In this document: piece by piece, positions 9,304 through 17,347 of the stretch | Layout of the letters: each line of letters begins with the position of its first letter | Numbering within the stretch: position 1 is the stretch's first letter | Origin: Candidatus Limnocylindria bacterium | GTDB taxonomy: Bacteria > Chloroflexota > Limnocylindria > P2-11E | Reading direction: 5' to 3' | Assembly: GCA_038227105.1 (NCBI GenBank) | Contig: JBBRQB010000002.1 | Span: 7,983-71,982, forward strand | Length of the DNA: 64,000 nucleotides | Program-made: the position numbers and the translations under genes | The notes under the pieces: model-generated | What the model was told of the DNA's origin: nothing | The model's input: the letters and a program-made list of their open reading frames with translations, nothing else | Database searches by the model: none

Positions 9304-10278
9304 ATGGCTAGCAAGAACCTTGGCGCGGTGATCCAGCGGGCGATCAGCGACGGGGCGTTCCGTCGCCAGCTTCAGGCCGACCCGGCCGCGGCGCTCCGCG
9401 GCTTCAACCTGACACCCGACGAGATCGCGGCGGTCCGGAGCGGCGACTCGAGCCGGCTCATGTCGCTCGGTGTCGACTCGCGGATGAGCAAAGCATTCAC
9501 CGTCGGCGGCGCGGCACTCGAGAACCCGTCGCGCGCCGCGCTGAGCGACGTCTCGGGCAACACCTCGAGCGCGCTCACGGGCGACAACACCTCGGGTGCT
9601 CGCGAGGGCCTCGCCAGCGACCAGACCACCGGTGCGCGCGCCGCATCGAGCGACGGTCAGAACTCCGGCGCTCCGGCCTCAGGAGCTCGCGCCACGATCA
9701 GCGACGGCCAGACCAGCGGCTCGGTGCACGAGGGTGCGCGGGCCAGCGTCTCGGCCCCACAGGGCGACGCGTACCGCGCCGTCAACGACCCGGACAGCAG
9801 CGGTGGCTCGCGCGCCGCGATCGGCGACCCGACGGCCGCCGGCACGCACTCGAGCATCACCGCCCCACAGGGCGACGCGTATCGCGCCGTCAACGACCCG
9901 GACAGCACCGCTGGCTCGCGCGCCGCGATCGCCGACCCGACGGCCGCCGGCACGCACTCGAGCATCACCGCCCCGCAGGGCGACGCGTACCGCGCGGTCA
10001 ACGACCCGGACAACACCAGCGGGACGCGCGAGTCGGTCTCGGCACCGCAGGGCGACGCGTACCGCCCGATCCACGACCCAGACAACGACTCGGTCGCAAG
10101 CCGGATGCAGGACACGAACACCGCCCTGCCGGGCAGCGACGTGCAGCACGACCCCGGCTTCGTCGACAGCCACAGCGCGTTCGTTCCAAGCGACTCGGCC
10201 GACGCGCAGCGCGAGCTGCTCGACGCCCAGCACCACGGCGACGCCCTTGGCGACACCGGCCACGGCATCAACTCCTAG
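9304..10278 (+). CDS. Repeat protein with N-terminal nitrile-hydratase/Nif11-like leader-type domain and 36-aa tandem repeats
   Basis: ATG 9304 preceded by AAGGAG (9290-9295). The longer ORF-track start at 9004 gives Arg-rich junk and is rejected. N-terminus MASKNLGAVIQRAISDGAFRRQLQADPAAALRGFNLTPDEIAAV matches the NHLP/Nif11 leader helix pattern. Then a Ser/Gly/Ala/Asp-rich region and repeats APQGDAYRAVNDPDSxGSRAAIxDPTAAGTHSSIT. Confidence 0.7.
   Translation: MASKNLGAVIQRAISDGAFRRQLQADPAAALRGFNLTPDEIAAVRSGDSSRLMSLGVDSRMSKAFTVGGAALENPSRAALSDVSGNTSSALTGDNTSGAREGLASDQTTGARAASSDGQNSGAPASGARATISDGQTSGSVHEGARASVSAPQGDAYRAVNDPDSSGGSRAAIGDPTAAGTHSSITAPQGDAYRAVNDPDSTAGSRAAIADPTAAGTHSSITAPQGDAYRAVNDPDNTSGTRESVSAPQGDAYRPIHDPDNDSVASRMQDTNTALPGSDVQHDPGFVDSHSAFVPSDSADAQRELLDAQHHGDALGDTGHGINS
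9754..10089 (+). repeat. Tandem in-frame 108-bp (36-aa) repeats, 2 full + 2 partial copies, inside the 9304..10278 CDS
   Basis: DNA unit gccccacagggcgacgcgtaccgcgccgtcaacgacccggacagc... recurs at 9754, 9862, 9970 and 10042 (the last two truncated). Confidence 0.85.
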
Positions 10279-10307
10279 ACCAGCGCGCACCCTCCACGTC
10301 CGCGGAA

Positions 10308-10340
10308 GCGGCCCCCTCACCGGGGCCGCTTTCGTTTGCT
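10308..10340. terminator. Intrinsic terminator hairpin between convergent genes
   Basis: GCGGCCCC-ctcacc-GGGGCCGC followed by tttcgtttgct. Sits between the repeat-protein stop (10278) and the CRP-gene stop (10342). Confidence 0.7.
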
Positions 10341-10341
10341 C

Positions 10342-11013
10342 CTAGTAGCGGATGTCGCCCTGCAGGACGGCGCGGTCCTTCAGGGCGAGGTTGCGGCGGC
10401 CGATCTTGATCGCGCCGCGCTTCTCGAGGTCGGCGAGGACGCGGTTCACCGACACGCGGGTCGCTCCGACGAAGCCGGCGAGATCCTCCTGGGTCATGTC
10501 GATCTGATCCGTGCCCGAGGCTTCCGCGAGATCCAGCAGGCACTTCGCGACCCTCCCCGGGAGGTCCAGGAACACGAGGTCTTCCACGTGGCCGGTGCTC
10601 CGGCGGACGGTCTTCACCAGGAGCGCCAGCATCCGGCGCATCGCGTCAGGGTTCCGCTCGAGCGTCCCGATGAATTCCTGCCGCGCGAGTGCCAGCGTGT
10701 GGGTCTCGGTGATCGCCGTCACCGTGGCGGATCGCGGGCCGTCGTCGAACAGCGCGAGCTCGCCGAAGACGTCACCGCCGCGCTCGAGCGCGACCACGAC
10801 CTCGCGGCCCTGCTCGTCCGGCACGCTGACCTTCACGGTGCCCGAGGTGATCAGGAAGACCTGCCCGGCCGGGTCGTCGTTGTGGAAGATGACCTCGTCC
10901 CGTGCGAAGTGCCGCGGGCGCATCTTGCCGGCCAAGGCCAGCCGGTCCGCTGGGCTGAGACAGGCGAAGAGCGGGCTTTCACCCAGGTAGTCGGCGACCG
11001 CAGCGGTATCCAC
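10342..11013 (-). CDS. CRP/FNR family transcriptional regulator (cNMP-binding + HTH)
   Basis: ORF track 223 aa: FHNDDPAGQVFLITSGTVKV...GDVFGELALFDDGPRSATVTAITE (cNMP-binding) and C-terminal EDLAGFVGATRVSVNRVLADLEKRG (HTH). GTG start. Confidence 0.9.
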   Translation of the reverse strand: MDTAAVADYLGESPLFACLSPADRLALAGKMRPRHFARDEVIFHNDDPAGQVFLITSGTVKVSVPDEQGREVVVALERGGDVFGELALFDDGPRSATVTAITETHTLALARQEFIGTLERNPDAMRRMLALLVKTVRRSTGHVEDLVFLDLPGRVAKCLLDLAEASGTDQIDMTQEDLAGFVGATRVSVNRVLADLEKRGAIKIGRRNLALKDRAVLQGDIRY

Positions 11014-11160
11014 GTGCGCTGAATAGTGCGTCTGGGGTCAAGGCATCGCCTGACGCACTCAGACCGTTACACGGAGCAATGGCCGAGCGCGTCCCAGCGA
11101 GCGGTACCGCTTGGGCGCCGCCGCGATGCTGCCATCAACGAAACGCGAATGGGGGCCGAC

Positions 11161-11313
11161 ATGAACACGTTCCTCAAGGACCTCGGTGAGGCGCTCGCGT
11201 GGATCTGGATGACGCCGGACGGGGCCTGTCTGCTGCTCGACGGTCGCCGCGAGGGTGCCTACGCGGTGGTCGACATCTCGCTCGCAACGCAGCCGGCGCG
11301 CATCGCCGCGTAG
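11161..11313 (+). CDS. Possible small ORF (50 aa) in the CRP / LLM intergenic region
   Basis: MNTFLKDLGEALAWIWMTPDGACLLLDGRREGAYAVVDISLATQPARIAA (alternative ATG at 11149). No recognisable family. Weak. Confidence 0.25.
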   Translation: MNTFLKDLGEALAWIWMTPDGACLLLDGRREGAYAVVDISLATQPARIAA

Positions 11314-11343
11314 ACCGCCTCGCGCCCCGCTATGGGTGAGAGC

Positions 11344-12282
11344 TCACCGCTGGCCAGCGAGCTCCAGGAACCGCGGCTTCACCTCGGTCATCGTCCGTTC
11401 GATCGTCTCGCGGTCGTAGGGCGGGGACATCCCGAACAGGAAGCCTTTCACGCCGATCCGGTGGTACTCGACGAGCTTCTTCGCGATCTCGTCCGGTGAC
11501 CCCAGGACCGCCGGCCGGTTCGGCGCCTCGACCTTGTTCCGCGTCGCGACCTCGCGCATGCGCTTGTCGACGTCGTTGAGGTCGTCGCGGACAAGGATGC
11601 CGCCGCCGCCGGTCGGGGCGATCTCGTTGTAGTCGCGGCCCACGTCCGCGCAGTGCTTCTTCAGCACCTCGAGTTTGTGCTTGATCACATCGGGTGTGCC
11701 GAAGCCGTGCCACCAGTCGGCGTAGCGCGCGGTGATCTTCAGCGTTACCTGCTCGCCGCCACCGCCGATGAGGATCGGCAGGCGCTTCTGGACCGGGCGG
11801 GTACCCAGCGTCGCGTCCTCGAGCTGGTAGTACTTGCCGTGGTACGTCATCGTGCCCTCGTCGAGCAGGACGCGGTTGATGCGTGTCGCCTCACGTAGCT
11901 TCGCGAGCCGGATCGCGGGCGTGTCGAAGTCGATCCCATACATCTTGTGCTCGTGCTCGTTCCAGGCCGCGCCGATGCCGAGCACCGCGCGGCCGTGGCT
12001 GATGTTGTCGAGGGTCGATGCCATGTTCGCGAGCACGGCGGGGTAGCGATACGTGTTTCCACTGACGAGCATCCCGATGAGCGGCTTCGTGGTGATCGCC
12101 GCGAGTGCGGGCAGGATCTGCCAGCCCTCGAGGTTCGGCCCCGTGATGTCGCCCATCAGCGGCACGAAGTGGTCCCAGGTCATGAGGACGTCCCACCCGG
12201 CCTGCTCGGCGAGGAGCGCGGCGTCGCGCATCTCGTCCCAGGTCGTGTACTGCGGATGGAGCTGAAGACCGAAGAACGTCAT
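11344..12282 (-). CDS. LLM-class F420-dependent oxidoreductase (luciferase-like monooxygenase family)
   Basis: ORF track 312 aa: MTFFGLQLHPQYTTWDE...DVLMTWDHFVPL...ILIGGGGE are typical LLM motifs. Confidence 0.85.
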   Translation of the reverse strand: MTFFGLQLHPQYTTWDEMRDAALLAEQAGWDVLMTWDHFVPLMGDITGPNLEGWQILPALAAITTKPLIGMLVSGNTYRYPAVLANMASTLDNISHGRAVLGIGAAWNEHEHKMYGIDFDTPAIRLAKLREATRINRVLLDEGTMTYHGKYYQLEDATLGTRPVQKRLPILIGGGGEQVTLKITARYADWWHGFGTPDVIKHKLEVLKKHCADVGRDYNEIAPTGGGGILVRDDLNDVDKRMREVATRNKVEAPNRPAVLGSPDEIAKKLVEYHRIGVKGFLFGMSPPYDRETIERTMTEVKPRFLELAGQR

Positions 12283-12302
12283 GAGCTGCCTCCGAGCGTA
12301 TA

Positions 12303-13658
12303 GTGCGGACTCCGATGGCGCTCACGAAGGATCGCACCGACGTCGCCCAGGTCCTCGCCGACACGAAAAAGCACGTCCTCGTCAACTGGTCGGCGCAGGG
12401 AAATAGTTCGCCGCTCGTCATCACCGGGGCCGAGGGCGTGTGGCTCCACTCGGGTGACCGCCGGATCCTCGATTTCAGCTCCGAGCTGGTGAACTCCAAC
12501 CTCGGGCACGGCCATCCACGTGTGGTCCGCGCGATCCAGGAGCAGGCGGCGATCCTCAACTACGTCACGCCGGCGTTCACGACCGAGGCGCAAGCGACCC
12601 TCGCGCGCATGCTCGCGGACGTGACGCCCGGCGACCTGACCCGGACGATCTTCACGACGGGCGGCACCGAGGCCAACGAGAACGCCATCAAGCTCGCTCG
12701 CCTCGCGACCGGCCGGCACAAGATCCTCACCCAGTGGCGCAGCTTCCATGGCCAGACGCAGGGCGCGATGACGCTCGGCGGCGACAACCGTCGTTGGGCC
12801 AATGAGCCCGGCATCACCGGCGTGGTCCATTTCCTGAATCCCGATCCCTACCGCTCGCTCTTCGGCGACGACGCGCAGAAGGCGCTCGCGCACGTCGAGG
12901 AGGTCATCTGGTACGAGGGTCCGCAGTACATCGCGGCGATCCTGGTGGAGCCGATCGTCGGCACATCTGGCCTGCTCGTGCCGCCGGATGGATTCCTTCA
13001 GGGCCTGCGGACCCTATGCGACAAGCACGGCATCCTCCTCGTGTTCGACGAGGTCATGACCGGGTTCGGCCGGACCGGGAAGTGGTTCGCCGCGGAGCAC
13101 TGGAACGTGGCGCCGGACATCATGACCTTCGCGAAGGGCGTGACCTCGGGCTACGTCCCGCTCGGCGGCGCGATCGTGAACGAGCGCGTCGCGAAGCACT
13201 TCGACCAGAACGTCTACTGGGGCGGGTTGACCTACAGCGGTCACGCCCTCGCGTGCGCCGCCGGCATCGCGACGCTTGAGACGTACGAGAGCGAGGGATT
13301 GATCGGGAACTCCGACAAGATGGGCGACCTCCTCGGCCGCGAGCTCAAGGCGCTCGCCCAGAAGCATCCGTCGATCGGCGACGTCCGCGGGCGCGGACTC
13401 TTCTGGGGTATCGAGCTCGTGAAGGACCGCGGCACCAAGGAGATGCTCGAGCAGTGGAACGGTCCCTCGAGCGCGCTCGCGAACGCGCTCAAGGCCGCGC
13501 TGTTCAAGCGCGACGTGTATGTCTTCTGCCGCTGGAACATGCTGTTCGTCGCGCCTCCGCTCATCGTGACCGAAGACGAGCTGCGCATCGGCATCCGCGC
13601 CATCGATGAAGCGCTCGAGATCGCCGACCGCTACGCCAGCACGGGGAAGCTCGAATAG
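12303..13658 (+). CDS. Class III (omega-) aminotransferase, PLP-dependent
   Basis: ORF track 451 aa: SELVNSNLGHGHPRVVRAIQEQ...LVFDEVMTGFGRTGKWFA...TFAKGVTSGYVPLG (class III signature; the GFGRTG region). Confidence 0.85.
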   Translation: MRTPMALTKDRTDVAQVLADTKKHVLVNWSAQGNSSPLVITGAEGVWLHSGDRRILDFSSELVNSNLGHGHPRVVRAIQEQAAILNYVTPAFTTEAQATLARMLADVTPGDLTRTIFTTGGTEANENAIKLARLATGRHKILTQWRSFHGQTQGAMTLGGDNRRWANEPGITGVVHFLNPDPYRSLFGDDAQKALAHVEEVIWYEGPQYIAAILVEPIVGTSGLLVPPDGFLQGLRTLCDKHGILLVFDEVMTGFGRTGKWFAAEHWNVAPDIMTFAKGVTSGYVPLGGAIVNERVAKHFDQNVYWGGLTYSGHALACAAGIATLETYESEGLIGNSDKMGDLLGRELKALAQKHPSIGDVRGRGLFWGIELVKDRGTKEMLEQWNGPSSALANALKAALFKRDVYVFCRWNMLFVAPPLIVTEDELRIGIRAIDEALEIADRYASTGKLE

Positions 13659-13744
13659 CCGCCAGCGCCTCGCGGGTCCACTGGGGCATCAACCTGCCGG
13701 CACAGCACACCACCTGGCCCGAGCTCCGGGACACCGCGCTCCTC

Positions 13745-14611
13745 GTGGACCGCCTCGGCTTCGACTCGCTCTTCACCTGGGACCACTTCGTGCCGCTCGA
13801 CGGCGATCCGAAGGGACCGATGTTCGAGGCCTGGGAGCTGCTGGCAGCGTGGGCGGCGGTGACGAAGACGGTGCGCCTGGGGACGCTCGTCACCGGAAAC
13901 ACGTACCGGCACCCGCCCGTGCTCGCGAAAATGGCGGCGACGTTGGATCACGTGTCCGAGGGCCGCGCGATCCTCGGCCTCGGCGCCGCATGGCACGAGG
14001 CCGAGCACGCGATGTACGGCATCCCGTTCCCGAGCACGGGTGGCCGCCTCGCGCGGATGGACGAGGCTGCGCGCGTGCTCCGAATGCTGCTCGATGACCG
14101 CTCCTCCTCCTTTGAGGGCAAGCACTACCGGTTGAAGGACGCGGTCGCCGAGCCGAAGCCGGTGCAGAAGCGCCTGCCGATCCTCATCGGCGGTGGCGGC
14201 GAGCAGAAGACCCTACGGACCGTCGCGCGCTATGCCGACTACTGGCACGGCCACGGTGACCCCGCGGTGATCCGGCACAAGCTCGACGTGCTCGCGGCGC
14301 ACTGCGCCGAGATCGGGCGCGACGTCGCGGAGATCACGCCGCTCACGACGGTCCGGCCGGACCTGATCCTGCGTGACCGGAGGGCCGACGTCGAGGCGCA
14401 GCTCGAGCGCGTCCGGGTCCGCTCCCGCGCCACGGAGCCGCTCGCGATGAATGAGATCCACACGGTCGACGCGCTCGTGGAACGCTGCGCCGCGCTTTGG
14501 GCCGCAGGAGCACGCGGCTTCATCCTGTACGTCAAGGCGCCGTTCGACCACGAGACGATCGAGCGCATCGCGAACGAGGCCCGGCCGCGGCTCGAGGAGG
14601 TGATCGCATGA
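13745..14611 (+). CDS. LLM-class F420-dependent oxidoreductase (second paralog); N-terminus probably extends upstream
   Basis: ORF track 288 aa from GTG 13745. In-frame upstream translation (~13673..13744) RVHWGINLPAQHTTWPELRDTALLVDRL aligns with the N-terminus of the first LLM (MTFFGLQLHPQYTTWDEMRDAALLAEQ) but holds no ATG/GTG/TTG. Confidence 0.8.
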   Translation: MDRLGFDSLFTWDHFVPLDGDPKGPMFEAWELLAAWAAVTKTVRLGTLVTGNTYRHPPVLAKMAATLDHVSEGRAILGLGAAWHEAEHAMYGIPFPSTGGRLARMDEAARVLRMLLDDRSSSFEGKHYRLKDAVAEPKPVQKRLPILIGGGGEQKTLRTVARYADYWHGHGDPAVIRHKLDVLAAHCAEIGRDVAEITPLTTVRPDLILRDRRADVEAQLERVRVRSRATEPLAMNEIHTVDALVERCAALWAAGARGFILYVKAPFDHETIERIANEARPRLEEVIA

Positions 14612-15825
14612 CGACCGCCGTTCGCGCGACCACGCTCATCGACGGAACGGGCGCGGACCCGTCGCGCGGACGGTTCATCGTCATCGAGGATGGCGTGATC
14701 ACCAGGGTCGCCTCGGACGCGCCGAAGGGCGCCGAGATCATCGACACGGGTGATCTGACGATCCTTCCCGGGCTCATCGACTGCCACGTCCATCTCGCCG
14801 TAAGCCAGTGGAACCTGGAGCAGCGCCTATCGACCCCGAACAGTCTGAACGTCGCCATGGCTCTGGTGAACTCGCGCACGACCCTCGAGGCAGGCTTCAC
14901 GACGGTTCGCGACGCGGGCTTCACGACGCGCGGTGTGAAGATGGCCGTCGACCGCGGGATCTTTCCGGGGCCCCGCATGCGCATCGCGGTCGCGCCTCTC
15001 TCGCAGACGGGCGGTCATGGTGACTCGGTGATGCCATCCGGGGTGAACACCTGGCCCGCTGATCCCGAGAGGCCCTACGGCGTCGTCGACGGCGTGGACA
15101 GCGCGCGGCGCGTGACCCGCGAAATGCTGCGCGCCGGCGCGGACCAGATCAAGGTCATGACCTCAGGTGGGGTCATGTCCCCGAACGACGAGCCGACGGC
15201 GACCGGGTTCTCGCCCGAGGAGATCGCGGCCATCGTGTACGAGGCGCACGCCGCGGGCAAGACGGTGATGTCGCATGCGCAAGCGACCCAGGGCATCAAG
15301 AACGCCGTGTTCGCGGGCATCGAGTCGATCGAGCACGGCATCTACCTCGACGAGGAGGCGTGCGCGGAAATGAAGAGACGCGGCACGTACCTCGTGGCCA
15401 CGCTCATCGCGCCCATGTGGGTGCTTCGCCGCGCGGAGAAGGATCCGTCAGCGGTGCCGCCGTATGCGGTGCGAAAGTCCAAGGAGGTCATCGATGCCCA
15501 TCGGCAGTCGTTCCGGATGGCCGTCGAGTCCGGCGTCAAGATCGCTATGGGCACCGACACTGGTGTGGGGCCGCACGGCACGAACGCCGAGGAGCTCGCG
15601 GTCATGGTCGAGAACGGGATGACCCCGATGCAGGCGATCGTGGCCACGACGAAGACCGCCGCGGAGTGTGCGCGCGTCGACACGCTCGTCGGCACCATCG
15701 CGGCCGGCAAGCGCGCCGACATCATCGGCGTACGCGGCGATCCGCTCGCGAACATCGGCCTGTTCAAGGACCCGGCGTCCGTCGCGTTCGTGATGAAGGA
15801 CGGCGCTATTCACAAGCGGCCGTGA
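14608..15825 (+). CDS. Metal-dependent amidohydrolase family protein
   Basis: ATG 14608 overlaps the LLM stop (ATGA) and follows GAGGAGG. MTTAVRATTLIDGTGADPSRGRFIVIEDGVITRV...LPGLIDCHVHL...AHAAGKTVMSHA...ESIEHG (amidohydrolase HxH/His/Asp motifs). Confidence 0.8.
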   Translation: MTTAVRATTLIDGTGADPSRGRFIVIEDGVITRVASDAPKGAEIIDTGDLTILPGLIDCHVHLAVSQWNLEQRLSTPNSLNVAMALVNSRTTLEAGFTTVRDAGFTTRGVKMAVDRGIFPGPRMRIAVAPLSQTGGHGDSVMPSGVNTWPADPERPYGVVDGVDSARRVTREMLRAGADQIKVMTSGGVMSPNDEPTATGFSPEEIAAIVYEAHAAGKTVMSHAQATQGIKNAVFAGIESIEHGIYLDEEACAEMKRRGTYLVATLIAPMWVLRRAEKDPSAVPPYAVRKSKEVIDAHRQSFRMAVESGVKIAMGTDTGVGPHGTNAEELAVMVENGMTPMQAIVATTKTAAECARVDTLVGTIAAGKRADIIGVRGDPLANIGLFKDPASVAFVMKDGAIHKRP

Positions 15826-16844
15826 AGAAGTGGGAGCCGCCCGCCGGCTGGAAGCGGGTCACGACGCTCGAGACGCACGCGGCGGGCGAGCCGCTGCGCA
15901 TCGTCACCGGTGGCCTCGATCCGATCCCGGGAAAGACGATCCTCGAGAAGCGCCGCTACGCGCGCGAGCATCTCGACGGGCTGCGCCGGTCGATCGTGTT
16001 CGAGCCGCGCGGCCATGCAGACATGTACGGCGCGATCCTCACCGAGCCCGTCACGCCCGACGGCGATCTTGGTGTGCTGTTCATGCACAACGAGGGCTGG
16101 AGCACGATGTGCGGTCACGGCATCATCGCGCTCACCACGGCGCTCCTGGAGACGGGTGAGCGCGCGGGCGATGTCATCCGCTACGACGCACCGCCCGGCC
16201 GCGTGACCGCGACGGCCGTCCGAGACGGCGACCGGGTCCGTGAGGTCGCGTTCGAGAATGTGCCCTCGTTCGCCGCCGCGCTGGATGAGACAGTGCGGGT
16301 GGAGGGCATCGGTGAGGTCCGGTACGACCTCGCCTTCGGTGGCGCCTTCTACGCCTTCGTCGACGCCGACGCGCTCGGCGTGCCGCTCGACGCGAGCGGC
16401 TTCCGCCACTGCATCGAGGTGGGGATGCGGATCAAGCGTGCGGTGATGGCGAACCGCGAGGTGCGGCACCCCGAGGCACCTGACTCCGCCGACCTCTCCT
16501 TCCTCTACGGGACGATCCTCACCGGCCGGGCGCACGAGCCGGGCGCCGACTCACGGAACGTGTGCGTGTTCGCCGAGGGCGAGGTGGACCGCTCGCCGAC
16601 GGGCACCGGCGTGAGCGCCCGCGTCGCCATCGAGCACGCCCGCGGAAGGCTGCGCGACGGTGCGACGTTCACCGTGGAGAGCATCATCGGGACCCGCTTC
16701 CGCGGTCGCGTGCTGCGGGAGGCGAAGGTCGGGCCACACGCCGCGGTCGTCTCGGAGGTCGCGGGCTCGGCGTGGGTCGTCGGGCGCTCGGAGCTCTGGA
16801 TCGCGCCGAACGATCCGCTTCGCGAAGGGTTCGTCCTTCGCTAG
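15822..16844 (+). CDS. Proline-racemase-family enzyme with Cys/Thr catalytic pair (trans-3-hydroxy-L-proline dehydratase type)
   Basis: GTG 15822 overlaps the amidohydrolase TGA. GHADMYGAIL, MHNEGWSTMCGHG (first catalytic Cys) and DRSPTGTGVSAR (Thr where racemases/epimerases have the second Cys). Confidence 0.75.
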   Translation: MKKWEPPAGWKRVTTLETHAAGEPLRIVTGGLDPIPGKTILEKRRYAREHLDGLRRSIVFEPRGHADMYGAILTEPVTPDGDLGVLFMHNEGWSTMCGHGIIALTTALLETGERAGDVIRYDAPPGRVTATAVRDGDRVREVAFENVPSFAAALDETVRVEGIGEVRYDLAFGGAFYAFVDADALGVPLDASGFRHCIEVGMRIKRAVMANREVRHPEAPDSADLSFLYGTILTGRAHEPGADSRNVCVFAEGEVDRSPTGTGVSARVAIEHARGRLRDGATFTVESIIGTRFRGRVLREAKVGPHAAVVSEVAGSAWVVGRSELWIAPNDPLREGFVLR

Positions 16845-17347
16845 ACGGGGATCAGGTGCCCGCTCTCCAAGAAGTAGGCCCAGCCGTCCATGTCGGGCGG
16901 CGCGATCCCGAGCTGAGTCAGGATGGCTGCGATCTGCGCGCGATGCTCGGTGCCGTGGTTGACCGCCTGCAGCATGAAGAGCGCTACGGGGATCCACCAG
17001 GTGCCCGGCGGGTCATTGCCGGTCACCTGGACCCTCCGATCCTGGTCGCCGCGCATCGCGGATCGCTCGAGCTCCGCGTTGCCGCGGTCGAGCCGCGCTG
17101 CGAGGGCCTCGAAGCCAGGGAACGGATCCTCCGGAAGACGCTCGGGCCGTTCCGTGTCCAGGAGCCGCGCCGTGTAGCTCACCTGGCCGTTCGCGAGATG
17201 GACGAGGGTGCGGCCGATGCTTCCGTACGTACCGGTCGCCGTCGCCCCCAGCTGCTCGGGCGTGAGCGTCCGGCAGGCCTCGAGCAGCCGCTGATTCATC
17301 ATCGTGTTGTGCTTGAAGAACTCGACCAGCAGCTCCGGGGTGTTCAC
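16841..17347 (-). CDS. DinB/YfiT-like (DinB_2) family protein, possibly mycothiol-dependent
   Basis: ORF track 168 aa: LLVEFFKHNTMMNQRLLEACRTLTPEQL...GSIGRTLVHLANGQ...HGTEHRAQI fits a DinB-like four-helix pattern. Confidence 0.6.
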   Translation of the reverse strand: MNTPELLVEFFKHNTMMNQRLLEACRTLTPEQLGATATGTYGSIGRTLVHLANGQVSYTARLLDTERPERLPEDPFPGFEALAARLDRGNAELERSAMRGDQDRRVQVTGNDPPGTWWIPVALFMLQAVNHGTEHRAQIAAILTQLGIAPPDMDGWAYFLESGHLIPV

